Assembly: GCA_963804955.1 (NCBI GenBank)
Contig: CAWDSQ010000024.1
Span: 64,001-128,000, forward strand
DNA from: an uncultured delta proteobacterium
Lineage (GTDB): Bacteria > Desulfobacterota > WTBG01 > CAIYCZ01 > CAIRTM01
Reading direction: 5' to 3'
Length of the DNA: 64,000 nucleotides
Shown: piece by piece, positions 9,737 to 20,208 of the stretch
Numbering within the stretch: the first letter of the stretch is position 1
Layout of the letters: every line of letters begins with the position of its first letter
The notes under the pieces: model-generated
Told to the model about the DNA's origin: nothing
What the model saw: only the letters and a program-made list of their open reading frames with translations
Databases searched by the model: none
Made by a program: the position numbers and the translations under genes

Positions 9737-10180
9737 TCAACACGTCTTGCCAAGGTCGGCTTTAACCAGCCGATGCGGCCGGCCATGCAGGATAAATTCA
9801 TCACCGACCGGGCGCCAGCCGATAGTTTGAAAAAAATTTAAATTCTCACTGAGTATGTTCGCGTAAAAATGCTCTGCTCCCTGAAGCTTTACCAGCGCTA
9901 CGGCAGCCATAACCAGATCGCGTCCAGCCCTGCCCCGGTATTTTTTCAGAACCGCAAGCCTGCCGCCCCACCATGCGCCGGCTGCATCCTGATACACGCG
10001 CACCGTTCCGATTATGCGATTCTGATAAAGTGCAGCCAGGTGAATGGCATGCCCGTCATAGTCATCCCGGTCGGTGAATTCAAAAATATGCTGCTCCTGC
10101 ACGAACACTTTTCTTCGTATATCCAGGCACTGCTCCAGTTCATCCTCACTGGCAATCCTGCGGCAGATACAATCAATCAT
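9737..10180 (-). CDS. GNAT N-acetyltransferase, MSMEG_0567/Sll0786-like
   Basis: IRRKVFVQEQHIF..DRDDYD, IGTVRVY, WWGGRLAV; 4-bp overlap with radical SAM stop. Confidence 0.85.
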   Translation of the reverse strand: MIDCICRRIASEDELEQCLDIRRKVFVQEQHIFEFTDRDDYDGHAIHLAALYQNRIIGTVRVYQDAAGAWWGGRLAVLKKYRGRAGRDLVMAAVALVKLQGAEHFYANILSENLNFFQTIGWRPVGDEFILHGRPHRLVKADLGKTC

Positions 10181-11268
10181 ATAATCGTCTCAACTTCAAA
10201 CAGGGAGAGGCAGGAGCAGGCCCCGCACCGGACGCAGCCCGCTTTGGATTTGCGTGAAGCAAGACCGTTGCGTGCAAGTATGCGGGCGGTGTCGGAGTAG
10301 ATTTTCTCCATGTATGAAGGTTCCGGTGGCCGCCACCGCTCGAGTAGTGTCCCCGGGATAGGGCGCAGCGGCAGCACATAAGGGAAAACGCCCAGGGAGG
10401 CGATTTGTTCCACCATTGTCATAAATGCTTCCCGCGTTTCACCAAGGCCTGCTATCAGAAAACTGCTGACCTGATTGTGCCCGAAAGCAGAAACTGCGTG
10501 TTTCCAGCAGTCATTATAAACCTTGAGCCCCAGTTCCGCTTTTCCGGGTGCTAAATCGGCAAGCAGTCTGATATCGCCAACCTCGACATGAATACCCAGC
10601 GTATCTGCGCCGGCGGACTTAAGCAGATCGAGTGCTTTCGCAGCCCGAGGCGGATGAACCTGAACATGCACCGGCATGCCTGTGCGCTTTTTAATCTCTC
10701 GTATGCAGTCCGCAAGATGCTCGATACCGCGGGACTCATCATTCCATATGCCGGTTGTAAGGGTAGCATGCCGTGCCGCGTCAAGCTCAAATGCGCAGGC
10801 GGCGGCGCTGCCCAGATCGGCGGGCTCTTTGATCAGGATGGTGGAATTATTCTGCAGCGACAGGCCGATGCCGCAAAACCGGCACTGCTGTGGTGTATTC
10901 CAGTAAAGGCAGTCCTGGTGTACGGTCGAAGCAAAGCAGTCTCTTCCGTGCAGCAGACCAAGCTTGCGCAGCGGAAGTCCAGACGAAGTTGTCTGGTTGT
11001 AAAAGCCTGGCTGCTGAGGAAAAGAAACGGAACACACATGACGCTTGTCCCTGTAAAGCAGCCAGCGGCCGCCGCTAAACTCGATGCTGTAGGGAGAGAA
11101 AGAAACGTACCAGCTTTCCGTTGGTACGTTCAGATGGCGCTCTTCTATAATAATAGTCTGGCCTTCTGACGGCCCTGCCCCTCCAGAGCGGCCGGTATGG
11201 TCGGGCGGCAGCTTCACTCCCGAACACTGAAGTTCTACGAAAAGCCGTCTGAGTTGGGAAAAATCCAT
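10177..11268 (-). CDS. Radical SAM protein, MSMEG_0568 family
   Basis: RSGGAGPSEG, LHGRDCFASTV, CX8CX2C (CLYWNTPQQCRFC), C-terminal KAGCVRCGACS. Confidence 0.85.
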   Translation of the reverse strand: MDFSQLRRLFVELQCSGVKLPPDHTGRSGGAGPSEGQTIIIEERHLNVPTESWYVSFSPYSIEFSGGRWLLYRDKRHVCSVSFPQQPGFYNQTTSSGLPLRKLGLLHGRDCFASTVHQDCLYWNTPQQCRFCGIGLSLQNNSTILIKEPADLGSAAACAFELDAARHATLTTGIWNDESRGIEHLADCIREIKKRTGMPVHVQVHPPRAAKALDLLKSAGADTLGIHVEVGDIRLLADLAPGKAELGLKVYNDCWKHAVSAFGHNQVSSFLIAGLGETREAFMTMVEQIASLGVFPYVLPLRPIPGTLLERWRPPEPSYMEKIYSDTARILARNGLASRKSKAGCVRCGACSCLSLFEVETII

Positions 11269-11272
11269 GGTA

Positions 11273-12028
11273 TCAGGCTTTCTGATCGTCAAGAAAGGTA
11301 AGTATCCTGCGACGGTAGGCATTGAAGTCATCCGTAGTAACTTCCCGGGGATAAGGCAAGTCTATGGCCAGTTCAAGACTGCATGTGGCTGGCCTGCGCG
11401 AGAAACCTATAACCTTACGGCTTAAAAATACCGCCTCATCAATGCTGTGCGTAATAAAAAGGATTGTCTTGTGAGACTGCTGCCACACGTCCAGCAGAAA
11501 ACCGCGCATCTGGCTCCGGGTCTGCGAGTCAAGGGCGCCGAAGGGTTCATCCATAAGAATAATATCAGGATCGGTAATCATGGTGCGGGCAAGGGCAACG
11601 CGCTGCTTCATGCCGCCTGAAATTTCACGCGGATACCGGTCATGACTGCCTTCAAGGCCGAAGCGCTTGATGAAATCAAAAGCCCTGTCGCGGCGCTCCG
11701 CAGAGGAAATGCCCTTCATTTCAAGTCCGAAGGCGATATTTTCCCAGACTCTGCGCCATGGAAACAGCGCATATTCCTGAAAGACGAAGCCGACCTGCTG
11801 CCATGGCTCAGAAGGAGATTGGCCATGTATGAGAATTTCGCCTGATGTTGCATTTTCAAGGCCTGCGATAATGCGCAGCAGCGTTGTCTTGCCGCAGCCG
11901 CTCGGGCCTATGATGGAGACAAAACTGCCGGAGTCGACGGCAAGGGTTATGTCTTCAAGAACTGCCGTACTAGCACCGGTTTGTTCATCGGTAAATGTTT
12001 TACTGAGGTTTCTGATTTCAAGGCTCAT
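11273..12028 (-). CDS. NitT/TauT-family ABC transporter ATP-binding protein
   Basis: [26 protein letters not shown]. Confidence 0.9.
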   Translation of the reverse strand: MSLEIRNLSKTFTDEQTGASTAVLEDITLAVDSGSFVSIIGPSGCGKTTLLRIIAGLENATSGEILIHGQSPSEPWQQVGFVFQEYALFPWRRVWENIAFGLEMKGISSAERRDRAFDFIKRFGLEGSHDRYPREISGGMKQRVALARTMITDPDIILMDEPFGALDSQTRSQMRGFLLDVWQQSHKTILFITHSIDEAVFLSRKVIGFSRRPATCSLELAIDLPYPREVTTDDFNAYRRRILTFLDDQKA

Positions 12029-12046
12029 TGGTCACCAAATCTGCTG

Positions 12047-12814
12047 CTAGCGCCAGCGGAGCGCGCGCGTTTCGAACCAGCGCAGCACTGCGTCGAGCAA
12101 AAACCCTGTAAGCCCTATGACCGCCATGCCTGCGATGACGAGATCGGGGCGCTGTATGTCGCGGGCCGTCATAATCATGTAGCCCAGTCCATAGCCGCTT
12201 TTAACGCCGGTGAATTCCGCCGCAACCAGCGTCATCCAGCCGATGCCGAGCCCTATGCGCAGGCCGGTAAAAATGGAGGGCGTAGCGCCGGGCAGCAGCA
12301 CCTTGTAAAAAATCTGCCGCCGTGTTGCTCCAAGCGTTTTCGCGGCGCTGACAAGGACAGGGTCAACTGAAAGTACGCCGGACATGGTGCTCAGGAGTAT
12401 CGGAAAAAAACAGCCCAAAAAAATGATGAATGCCGCTGAGCGAAGCCCGATGCCGAACCACAAAATGGCAAGGGGTATCCAGGCCAGGGGCGGTATCGGC
12501 CGCAGGGTTTCAATGACTGGAGTGAGCATGTCGCGCAGCAGGCGGGACGAGCCGCAGATAATGCCCAGAGGTATGGCTGCAACCAGCGCAAGCACGAAAC
12601 CCAGCCCGACGCGCTGGAGGCTGTACAGGCAGTGAAACAGCAGCCTGCTGCCCTGCGGCAGCCCATGGACTGTCAGATCCTGCAGGGCTGCAATAATCTC
12701 CAGCGGCGAGGGCAGTTTTCCGGCGGGCAGGAGTCCTGCTGCAGAAGCAGCCTGCCACATCACAACTGCCAGCAGGGGAAACAGTACTTTTCCTTGTGCG
12801 CGAAATGGCTGCAT
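12047..12814 (-). CDS. NitT/TauT-family ABC transporter permease
   Basis: RPIPPLAWIPLAILWFG, AAKTLGA, WMTLVAAE; start may extend to 12886. Confidence 0.9.
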   Translation of the reverse strand: MQPFRAQGKVLFPLLAVVMWQAASAAGLLPAGKLPSPLEIIAALQDLTVHGLPQGSRLLFHCLYSLQRVGLGFVLALVAAIPLGIICGSSRLLRDMLTPVIETLRPIPPLAWIPLAILWFGIGLRSAAFIIFLGCFFPILLSTMSGVLSVDPVLVSAAKTLGATRRQIFYKVLLPGATPSIFTGLRIGLGIGWMTLVAAEFTGVKSGYGLGYMIMTARDIQRPDLVIAGMAVIGLTGFLLDAVLRWFETRALRWR

Positions 12815-12833
12815 CGAAGTGCTTTCGGCTCGG

Positions 12834-13772
12834 CTAGTCAAAAAAAGCCTTTGAGAAACGCTGGTCAACCCCGGCTGGCTTGACATAGCGCAGTTCTTTC
12901 AAAAACCCCACAAACTCAAGGGCCTTTGCCTTGTCCAGGCGGCTTGTATAGATACAGTGCTTGATCGCCTGCTCAACAACGGCCCGGTCCATGGATGTAT
13001 ATTTTACGCCGATAGACGCTGCATCATCAGGATGCTCAGCTATAAAAGCGCAGGCTTGAGCATGGGCGGCCTGTATCTTCTTAACGGTTTGCGGCTGTGT
13101 ATCGCAAAGGGTACGGCTGGCAATAAGCACGCAGCACGGATGATCTTTCCAGATTGCATCGGAATTCATTACAACCTTCGCCTCAGCTGACTGCACAGCC
13201 TGCGCCGGATAGGGCTGCCAGGCAATAAAAGCATCGATGTTTTTCTGTTCAAGGGCCTGCAGCATCTCAGGCGGTTTTAAAACAATGGGACGAATATCCT
13301 GATAGCTCATCATGCTGTTTTTGACGGCCCGCCGCAGCAGAAAATCCTGCATGGTGGCATGGCCGGGTATAGCCACAAGTCTGCCTGCCAAGCCTTTGAC
13401 GGAATCGATGCCTGAGCCCTTGCGCGCAACAATGGCAGAGCCTTCAAGATTGACCTGCGCGATGAACTGAATATCTGCAGCGCCGTTGAGCAGCGCTGCC
13501 GTAGCCGGCGCCTGCCCGACATACCCGAAGTCGAGATCGCCGGATCCGAAGGCGCTCATTTCCTCGGGGCCTGCCTTGAAAACACCGCCGACCTGCACGT
13601 TCAAACCCTGTTGTGCAAAATAGCCCTTTTCAAGGGCGACAAATGCAGGCAGATGATGCAGGTCGCTCTGCAGGTAGCCAAGCCTGAGTACGCCGTCATC
13701 CTTTTTAGCGCAGGAGCAGAACGAAACAATCAGACAGAGGACAACACAATAGATTTTCATCCTCATGGGCAT
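12834..13772 (-). CDS. NitT/TauT-family ABC substrate-binding (lipo)protein
   Basis: Signal/lipobox-like N-terminus; LRLGYLQSDLHH, GPEEMSAF, WKDHPCC. Confidence 0.85.
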   Translation of the reverse strand: MPMRMKIYCVVLCLIVSFCSCAKKDDGVLRLGYLQSDLHHLPAFVALEKGYFAQQGLNVQVGGVFKAGPEEMSAFGSGDLDFGYVGQAPATAALLNGAADIQFIAQVNLEGSAIVARKGSGIDSVKGLAGRLVAIPGHATMQDFLLRRAVKNSMMSYQDIRPIVLKPPEMLQALEQKNIDAFIAWQPYPAQAVQSAEAKVVMNSDAIWKDHPCCVLIASRTLCDTQPQTVKKIQAAHAQACAFIAEHPDDAASIGVKYTSMDRAVVEQAIKHCIYTSRLDKAKALEFVGFLKELRYVKPAGVDQRFSKAFFD

Positions 13773-14275
13773 TATTTTCCTGAAGGCTTTTTAGTCTGCT
13801 TTTTCTCCTCCGGGTCAGCCATCAGCTTTTCAATATGGCCGCGGGGGTACTTGTTGGCATCGGGCTCATGCAGCTCTTCGGTATTCATATTCCATTTCTC
13901 AACAATGGCGCCATCGTTGTAATTGCCCTCCTGCTTTGATCCGTCAGGGCGCTGCAGCATGCCCTTCCCGGCCATTTTACCATTCTGCCACTGGCCGTCA
14001 TACACATCGCCGTCGGCATAGGTGTATTTGCCATGGCCGCTGAATTTGCCGTCGAGAAAATTGCCGGTATACATGTCGCCATTGGCAAACGTGAAGGTGC
14101 CATGACCCGTTCGTTTTCCCTTGATAAAATCCCCCTCATATTTGTTGCCGCTGTCCCACACCCAGGTGCCGATGCCGTTTCTGCAATCCCCTTCGGTGCA
14201 GGCGGCATCCGCCTGCTGCGGCAGCAGCAGGCAGGCACAAGCAAGAACGGCTGCTAAAGCAAACTGTTTTTTCAT
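13772..14275 (-). CDS. Exported MORN-repeat protein
   Basis: Signal peptide; CTEGDCRNG; repeats YEGDFIKGKRTGHG / YTGNFLDGKFSGHG / YDGQWQNGKMAGKG. Confidence 0.85.
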   Translation of the reverse strand: MKKQFALAAVLACACLLLPQQADAACTEGDCRNGIGTWVWDSGNKYEGDFIKGKRTGHGTFTFANGDMYTGNFLDGKFSGHGKYTYADGDVYDGQWQNGKMAGKGMLQRPDGSKQEGNYNDGAIVEKWNMNTEELHEPDANKYPRGHIEKLMADPEEKKQTKKPSGK

Positions 14276-14292
14276 CTCTCGTCTCCCATATA

Positions 14293-14325
14293 ACAATTCC
14301 CCGTCATGTACTGACGGGGAATTGT
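14293..14325. terminator. 14-bp perfect stem-loop between the CCG gene and the MORN gene
   Basis: ACAATTCCCCGTCA-tgtac-TGACGGGGAATTGT. Confidence 0.55.
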
Positions 14326-14372
14326 AATTCTTAATTCAAAAATCCGCAATCCAAAACACACCGGCCTGAGCA

Positions 14373-15764
14373 TTACTCGCTGTCGGCAGCACCGGCATCA
14401 TTCTTGCCGCCGCCCGCTTCAATCCCGAGGCCCATGCAGACAAGCTCGGTAATATCGCGCATGGTAACCGGCGCATTCATGGCCTGTATGCCGATCTGAA
14501 GGCCCTGGTAGCAGAACGGGCATGCAGACACAAGCTCGGTTGCTCCGGTTTTTATGGCATCAGCAACGCGCTTCTGTGAAATCTTGTTCTGCATGTCGGG
14601 ATAGCCCGACTTGAGGCCGCCGCCGGCGCCGCAGCACCGCGAATTTTCGCGGTTGCGCTCCATCTCGATGAGCTTTACGCCGGGAATAAGGCTCAGAAGT
14701 TCACGCGGGCGCATCAAACACGCCGCTGTGACGGCCCAAATGACAGGGGTCATGATAGGTAACCGTGAGGTTAACCGGCGTTTTCAGTTCGAGTTTTTTC
14801 TGCTTGATCAGATCGACGATATACTCGCAGGTATGCTTAATCTCAAAATTCAGTCTTGCCGATTTTAGCATAATCCTCTTTGATTGTTTTAAAACAGCCT
14901 GCACAGGAGGTGACCAGTGTTTTAATTCCGAGATCATTGAACTGCTCGATATTTTCCTTGCAGAGCTTTAAAAAACTCTGGCGTTCGCCCATGCGCAGCA
15001 AGAACGCTGCCGCAGCATTTTTCCTTGTTGCCGAGTATGCCGAAATCGATACTCCGGCAGCATCAAGAATATTGGTCGTATTGATGCCGACTTCTTCGAC
15101 ATTATTGTCGTAGGAGGCTGTGCAGCCGACAAAGTACAGAACTTCGGACTTGCTCTTTGAAATATCCTTGGGCTCGTCCTTGATGCGCTTTTTCTTCTTG
15201 GCAAGCTTGCCCCAGCGAGCGCGCGAGCTTCTGGGCTGGCCCCAGGGGTTGTCATAGTTCTTTGTCTTGAGAACAAGGTCCTTTTGGGAATCAAGGGGGC
15301 CGCAGTCAAGGTCAACGATGGTCTCGCGGATGCGCTCCCAGAGCTCGACCGTGTCGATGGCCACCGGGCAGACGAAGTGGCACTGCATGCAGGTGCTGCA
15401 GGCATACAGGTCTTTGGCGAAGTGCCTTCAGCTCCTCCTCGGTTACGGGCTTTTTGCCGCAGAGCTTTCCGAGAAAGCTGTCGGCGCTGAAGGCGCCGTG
15501 CTGCCGGGAGATAATGTCCTTGAACAGGCGGGCGCGGCCGCGCGGGGTCAGGGGCTCGCGGCTGTCCTGATCATAGGCAGGGCACCAGTTGGAGCACTCG
15601 CCGCAGCGCGTGCAGGCATCAAGCTCCATGAGCATGCGCGGGCTGAATTTTTCGATATTTATTTTTTTCATGCCCTGCACCTGCGCCGGTGTTTCAGCCT
15701 GAGGCGGAGTTTCCGCCGGAGCCGCAGCAGCTGTTGCTTCCTGAGTTTTAATTTCGTTTTCCAT
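14373..15764 (-). CDS. HdrD/GlpC-like (Fe-S)-binding protein with two CCG domains (several frameshifts)
   Basis: CTRCGECSNWCP, C..CMQCHFVCP, YFVGCTASY, TSCAGC, TYHDPCHLGR, CCGAGGG, SACPFC distributed over overlapping ORFs; GGAGG RBS. Confidence 0.85.
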
Positions 15765-15775
15765 GGTCGCCTCCT

Positions 15776-16560
15776 TTATTTTGCCCGCTCTGAAGCGTCA
15801 AGTAACGATTTCGATGGGACTGACAATAATATGCCAGGCCTTGCTGAAGGGTAAGTAGCCGCAAAAGAAAAACGACACGATGGCGTGCAGCCATACCCAG
15901 CTTGTATACGTTGCCGCAGTCCAGCCCATGCTGCTGAAAATGCCGGCAAGAATATTGCCGACAAAAGAATATGCCGCAACATCTGCATACAGGGGATCGG
16001 TCAGCCGCAGGCCTTCACAGAGAAAACCGGTCAGAGCAATGGTTGAGAGCAGGCAGATAGACACGGTATCTTTTGTTATCGTTTCAAGCTGCTTGTTTTT
16101 GACAACATAGCGGCGCACGATGGCGATGGCGAGCCCGACAACCAGCATCAGGCCGAAGATATCACCCCACACGTCAAGCACGCGAGCCCCGAAGCCGCCC
16201 AGCTTATCGACATGGTTGAACATTGTTCTGGCGAGCGCCGTATCGGGCGGAAGAAAATGGCTGGCAATGGCCATGACTGTTGTCTGCGCAAACAGGCCCA
16301 TAAAGCCGATAAAGATGCAAAAATGCATGAGCCAGCGCACAAAGCTTATTTTAAGTATCTGCAGCTGCAAAACGCAGTCGCAAATAAAAGCTTTGATTAT
16401 GGCCGGGGTGTTGAGCCCGTGGTGCAGGCTGTGGCGCTTTGCCCTTGAACCACAGGGTCACGCTTGCAAATGCGCCTGCAATAAAAAAAAGAACCGTTAT
16501 GTACCGTCAGGCTGTATAGAGTGCTGCGGTTGCGGGGAAATACAGGTAGCTATCGTACAT
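15776..16560 (-). CDS. NarI/DsrM/HdrE-like membrane (cytochrome b-type) subunit (frameshifted)
   Basis: RWLMHFCIFIGF, TGFLCEGLR, WLH...YLPFSKAWH; GGAGG RBS then ATG at 16560 (MYDSYLYFPA...). Confidence 0.8.
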
Positions 16561-17748
16561 GTCGACCTCCTTTGCTGGTGGAGCTTACCACCTCGTTTCA
16601 GGTGGAAATATATGGTTAAAAACGCCGCTGCAGCCTTGCGCAACAGCAGGAAAAGCTGCTCAGCGCAAGCTGTTTCCTGCGCACGGGGCTGCGCGTCACT
16701 TCGCAGCTTTTGTATAGTCTCTGCAACTTCAATTGCCTGCGCGGTCAAGAGCTCTATTGCAGAGCTTTCAATACAGGCAAAACACTCCGGCGCCTCAAGC
16801 AGACGGGCCCGCTTCCAGATTGTTTCTAAAAAAACACGGATCTTTTCCGGGTCATACATCTTCCTGCCGATGAGCCACGAATAGCCTGAACGCTCGAGGG
16901 CAAGGGCCATAATGCGGGCATTGCTCACAGCGCTCAGAAAAGCACGATACTGCTTTTTCTCAGCAGGCTCCCGAACCGTACCGGCTGCCATGCTGCGCTG
17001 GCCGGTCTTGATTCCGGTAAAAATCTCAAACAGCAGTCCGTTGGCCTCATGGAAGTCGGGATGCTCAAAATGGGGCCCGAACAGATAAAATGAACCGCTG
17101 CCATAGTCTTTTTTTATAGCCGCTGCCGTGCCCAGCAGTGCACGGCCGGCTATTTCACGGTCAATCAGAAACTCCGTCGCATCGGTAAATCCGGCATATT
17201 CGGCCAGCACCACAGCATCACCGGATGGCATCAGTGCGGGTCCGCCATACAGGGGCGCTTCGACATACTGCCCGTCGCGCCCCCAGCCGGTAAGCCTGAG
17301 GCTGCACACTTTCGCGCACAGGGTGATACACATACCGGCAGCCGTACTCCGTGCAGAACTTTTCCGGCTTTGCCACTGCCTCCGGCAGATCTTTTGTAAG
17401 ATTGGCAATGCGCGTGGCTACAAAGTTAAACAGATTGAGCGGCGGCAGCGATGAATTCAAGGGCAGATAGGCGCCTGCACAGGCTCCGATATATATACCG
17501 CCAGAGCGCACAAACTTTTCAATTGCGTCAGCACCGCTCTTGCCCAGCCCCTGAGCTATGGCAAATGTATCGCCACCGGAAACAAAGAAAACATCTACCC
17601 CGGAAAGCGCACCTGTAGCAATATCATCATCATCAAGAAAAGAAACATTGGCATATGCTTCACGGTCAAAAATATCGGCAAACCATGTCCAGGAATGCGA
17701 TGCACCCTGTCCGACATAAATGCCCACTTCCGGCTGAATCTTAATCAT
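16497..17748 (-). CDS. BPL_N-like (class I glutamine-amidotransferase fold) protein (frameshifted near 17290)
   Basis: YVGQGA, VSGGD, FVRSGGIYIGACAGAY, YGGP, GPHFE motifs; exact 3' end uncertain. Confidence 0.7.
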
Positions 17749-17871
17749 AAGCAAAAATTAGCACGTTACTTATTTGATCGCTAAGTTGTTTTAGAATTTA
17801 CCAGATTTCACAGTTGCTTTACAAGAATAAAGCTCAACAACGGGTGATAAATAAAATAAATTTCCTACTAT

Positions 17872-18204
17872 TTAACTGCTAAATCTTTTTTTCACCTGCT
17901 TGAGTACGGGGTAGAGAGCCTCCTCAATTCGGGCATATTCCCGTGCAGCATCCTTAGCCTCATTATACCAGTCAAGCACCTCAGCAGGCAGGCTGAAGGA
18001 GCTGTCCTGCAGTAGTGCTTCAATATGGCTTAAGAGCTTCAGCACAAAAAATCGCTTATCCTGCACAAGCCAGTCAGGACCAGGCCCGCAGGATTTTTTT
18101 TTGCAGGCGCAAGCTGCGATATCAAAGCTGATCAGCGAACCTACCCTCTTGGCCTCTGCGAAATCAAGACGATTAAACCCCTTTTGATGAGGCATACCAT
18201 ACAA
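17872..18204 (-). CDS. Hypothetical protein
   Basis: 110-aa ORF directly downstream of the hydrolase on the same strand; AGAAGG RBS-like sequence. Confidence 0.5.
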   Translation of the reverse strand: MYGMPHQKGFNRLDFAEAKRVGSLISFDIAACACKKKSCGPGPDWLVQDKRFFVLKLLSHIEALLQDSSFSLPAEVLDWYNEAKDAAREYARIEEALYPVLKQVKKRFSS

Positions 18205-18215
18205 TCCTTCTGACT

Positions 18216-19094
18216 TTACTTAAGGTATTTAACATACCATTCAAGAGCTTTGCCGGCAGACAATGTAAAGTTGTTCCCCTCATACACATCATAATGGCGC
18301 GCGCCCTCAATGATAAAAAGCTCCTTGGGCTGTCTGGCCTTTTCATACAGAATTTTTGATTCTTCAACAGGGCAGACAATATCTCCTGTGGCGCCTATAA
18401 TCATAACGGGGATATTCAGGCCGGCGATATGGTTCTCGGGTTTGCACTCCATGCTCTCTTTGATGGTCAAAAGCGGCAGCCGGTTTTTGAGCTTGGGATG
18501 GATTTCGACGGTTTTTTGATAAAACTCTTTTGAATCGGGGTCGGTGAGGATCTGATCCATGTTCAACATCAGGGGCTTATTTTTCGTGACCGATCGCTGC
18601 CAGGCTTTTTGCAGCGTGCTCATGAGTTTCTCTTTTGCCTCATCATTCATGCCGCCTGCAACCATGCGCTCGCCGCTGCCGAAGGTGATCTGCACGGAGA
18701 TGCATTTCACCCTCTTGTCGATTGCAGCCGTGTAAATTGCATTGGCGCCCCCAAAGGATGTTCCCCACAGGCCGATGCGCGCAGGATCAACCTGCGTCAG
18801 GGTCTCCATAAAGGTTATAGCATTGCGGATATCTACTACCTGCTCTGCGGGCACCAGCCGGCCCCGCTCGCCTTCGCTGTCGCCGAAGCCCCGATAGTCA
18901 AATACAAGAGCTGCAAATCCGTTCTGCGCAAAAAATTCCGCATACGGCGGCAGCAGTATCTCGCGAATGCCTGAAAAACCGTGGCACAATATGACCGCAG
19001 GCAGTTTTCCGTCCTGCGGCAGATTGTCCGGAATATACAGATCGCCGACGATCCTGCAGTTTTCTGAATAAAAAAGAACTTCCTGTTTCATCAT
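18216..19094 (-). CDS. Alpha/beta hydrolase
   Basis: LCHGFSG, DYRGFGDSEG, nucleophile GTSFGG, Asp (GDIVC) and His (ARHYD); AAGGAG RBS. Confidence 0.9.
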   Translation of the reverse strand: MMKQEVLFYSENCRIVGDLYIPDNLPQDGKLPAVILCHGFSGIREILLPPYAEFFAQNGFAALVFDYRGFGDSEGERGRLVPAEQVVDIRNAITFMETLTQVDPARIGLWGTSFGGANAIYTAAIDKRVKCISVQITFGSGERMVAGGMNDEAKEKLMSTLQKAWQRSVTKNKPLMLNMDQILTDPDSKEFYQKTVEIHPKLKNRLPLLTIKESMECKPENHIAGLNIPVMIIGATGDIVCPVEESKILYEKARQPKELFIIEGARHYDVYEGNNFTLSAGKALEWYVKYLK

Positions 19095-19362
19095 GCACTC
19101 CTTGAAAACATACGATTAAGTGAAGGCAGATACATAACAAAAAAGAAGCACCGGCACAAACAGAAAGAATGCCTGTAATGACATGCCATCCACAGTAATC
19201 TAGCTTCGTGATGCTACAGGCTGATTCAGGCAAAAAATCACCATCCAGCACCGCCATCATGAAATCTTTGTCGCGAAAAAAATATTTTAAATTCTAAAAT
19301 TTTATAATATGCTATAGTAAAAAAATGAAATTAAATTTTTAAACCCGCAAGGAGGAACTGTC

Positions 19363-20001
19363 ATGATACTTATTGTCAAGATGCTGGGTGACACAAACGC
19401 AAAAAGAATGTGGGATGCCATTATCCGTCAGCAGGACGAACTGCAGTCTGTGCTTGGCAGGAAGGGAAAGCTTCTGTATCTGAGCAAGCGCAGGGGCTAT
19501 AATGAAGCCTGTCTTTTTATTCATGTCAAGGATTCCGGCAGTATCATAGAGCTTGTTGTTGACCATTTGAGTAAAATTGACGGTATCTCATCCTTATGCA
19601 TTGCGCATCTCTTCAGGCCTCGTTTTTTTCCTGTGCCAAAAGACACCTATGACATGAAACGCTATGTCATTACGGCAAAGGTGAACCCGAGACATTTTAC
19701 TGATGTCTATAAAAAACTGCTCAATCCGAACCTGCCGGAAGGGCTCAGGCGCGTTTACTACGCCTTCACGTTTCATAGCTATGACGATAACCTGCAGTAT
19801 TCATTTTTGGCAACAAACGAAGAAAGCGCTCAAAAATATGTTAATGACAGCATCAATACGGTAAAAGGAATCATCATAGCAGATTTGCATCAAATCGAGC
19901 GCACAAAGGCTTTTATAACCTACAAAGAATGGGCGAAGTACACGTCTGAGGAAGAAAGTATTACGCCAGGTCAGTACCATATGATAAATGATGTTGAATG
20001 A
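19363..20001 (+). CDS. Hypothetical protein, possibly two tandem ferredoxin-like (Lrp/AsnC ligand-binding-like) domains
   Basis: AAGGAGG RBS; internal repeat (HLSKIDGI / SINTVKGI); fold is inference. Confidence 0.65.
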   Translation: MILIVKMLGDTNAKRMWDAIIRQQDELQSVLGRKGKLLYLSKRRGYNEACLFIHVKDSGSIIELVVDHLSKIDGISSLCIAHLFRPRFFPVPKDTYDMKRYVITAKVNPRHFTDVYKKLLNPNLPEGLRRVYYAFTFHSYDDNLQYSFLATNEESAQKYVNDSINTVKGIIIADLHQIERTKAFITYKEWAKYTSEEESITPGQYHMINDVE

Positions 20002-20208
20002 TTGCCCGGTAAGGGCGGCAATGGGGGTATGAAATAAGACCTCTACAGCATGCCTGATACTCAATCGCCTGCCATGCTGTGTGGCAGGCGATTTTTTATA
20101 ACTGCAGCAAAAAAATCCTGCCCGGCATGATCATGTCGCCGTTGCCATGGCACTACCAGCCAGGCAGGGCGTACCGTCGTTCTGAATATCTGAGTTTGAT
20201 TTTTTTCT

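Noticed and set aside
14373..16560. Selenocysteine recoding or programmed frameshifting in the Hdr-like genes
   Set aside because: Breaks are frame changes, not in-frame TGA at Cys positions; no consistent slippery sites; the same pattern occurs across unrelated genes.
19100..19260. Hydrophobic minus-strand ORF start (18898..19260) as a membrane-protein remnant
   Set aside because: Overlaps the hydrolase out of frame, has no RBS and no recognisable family.
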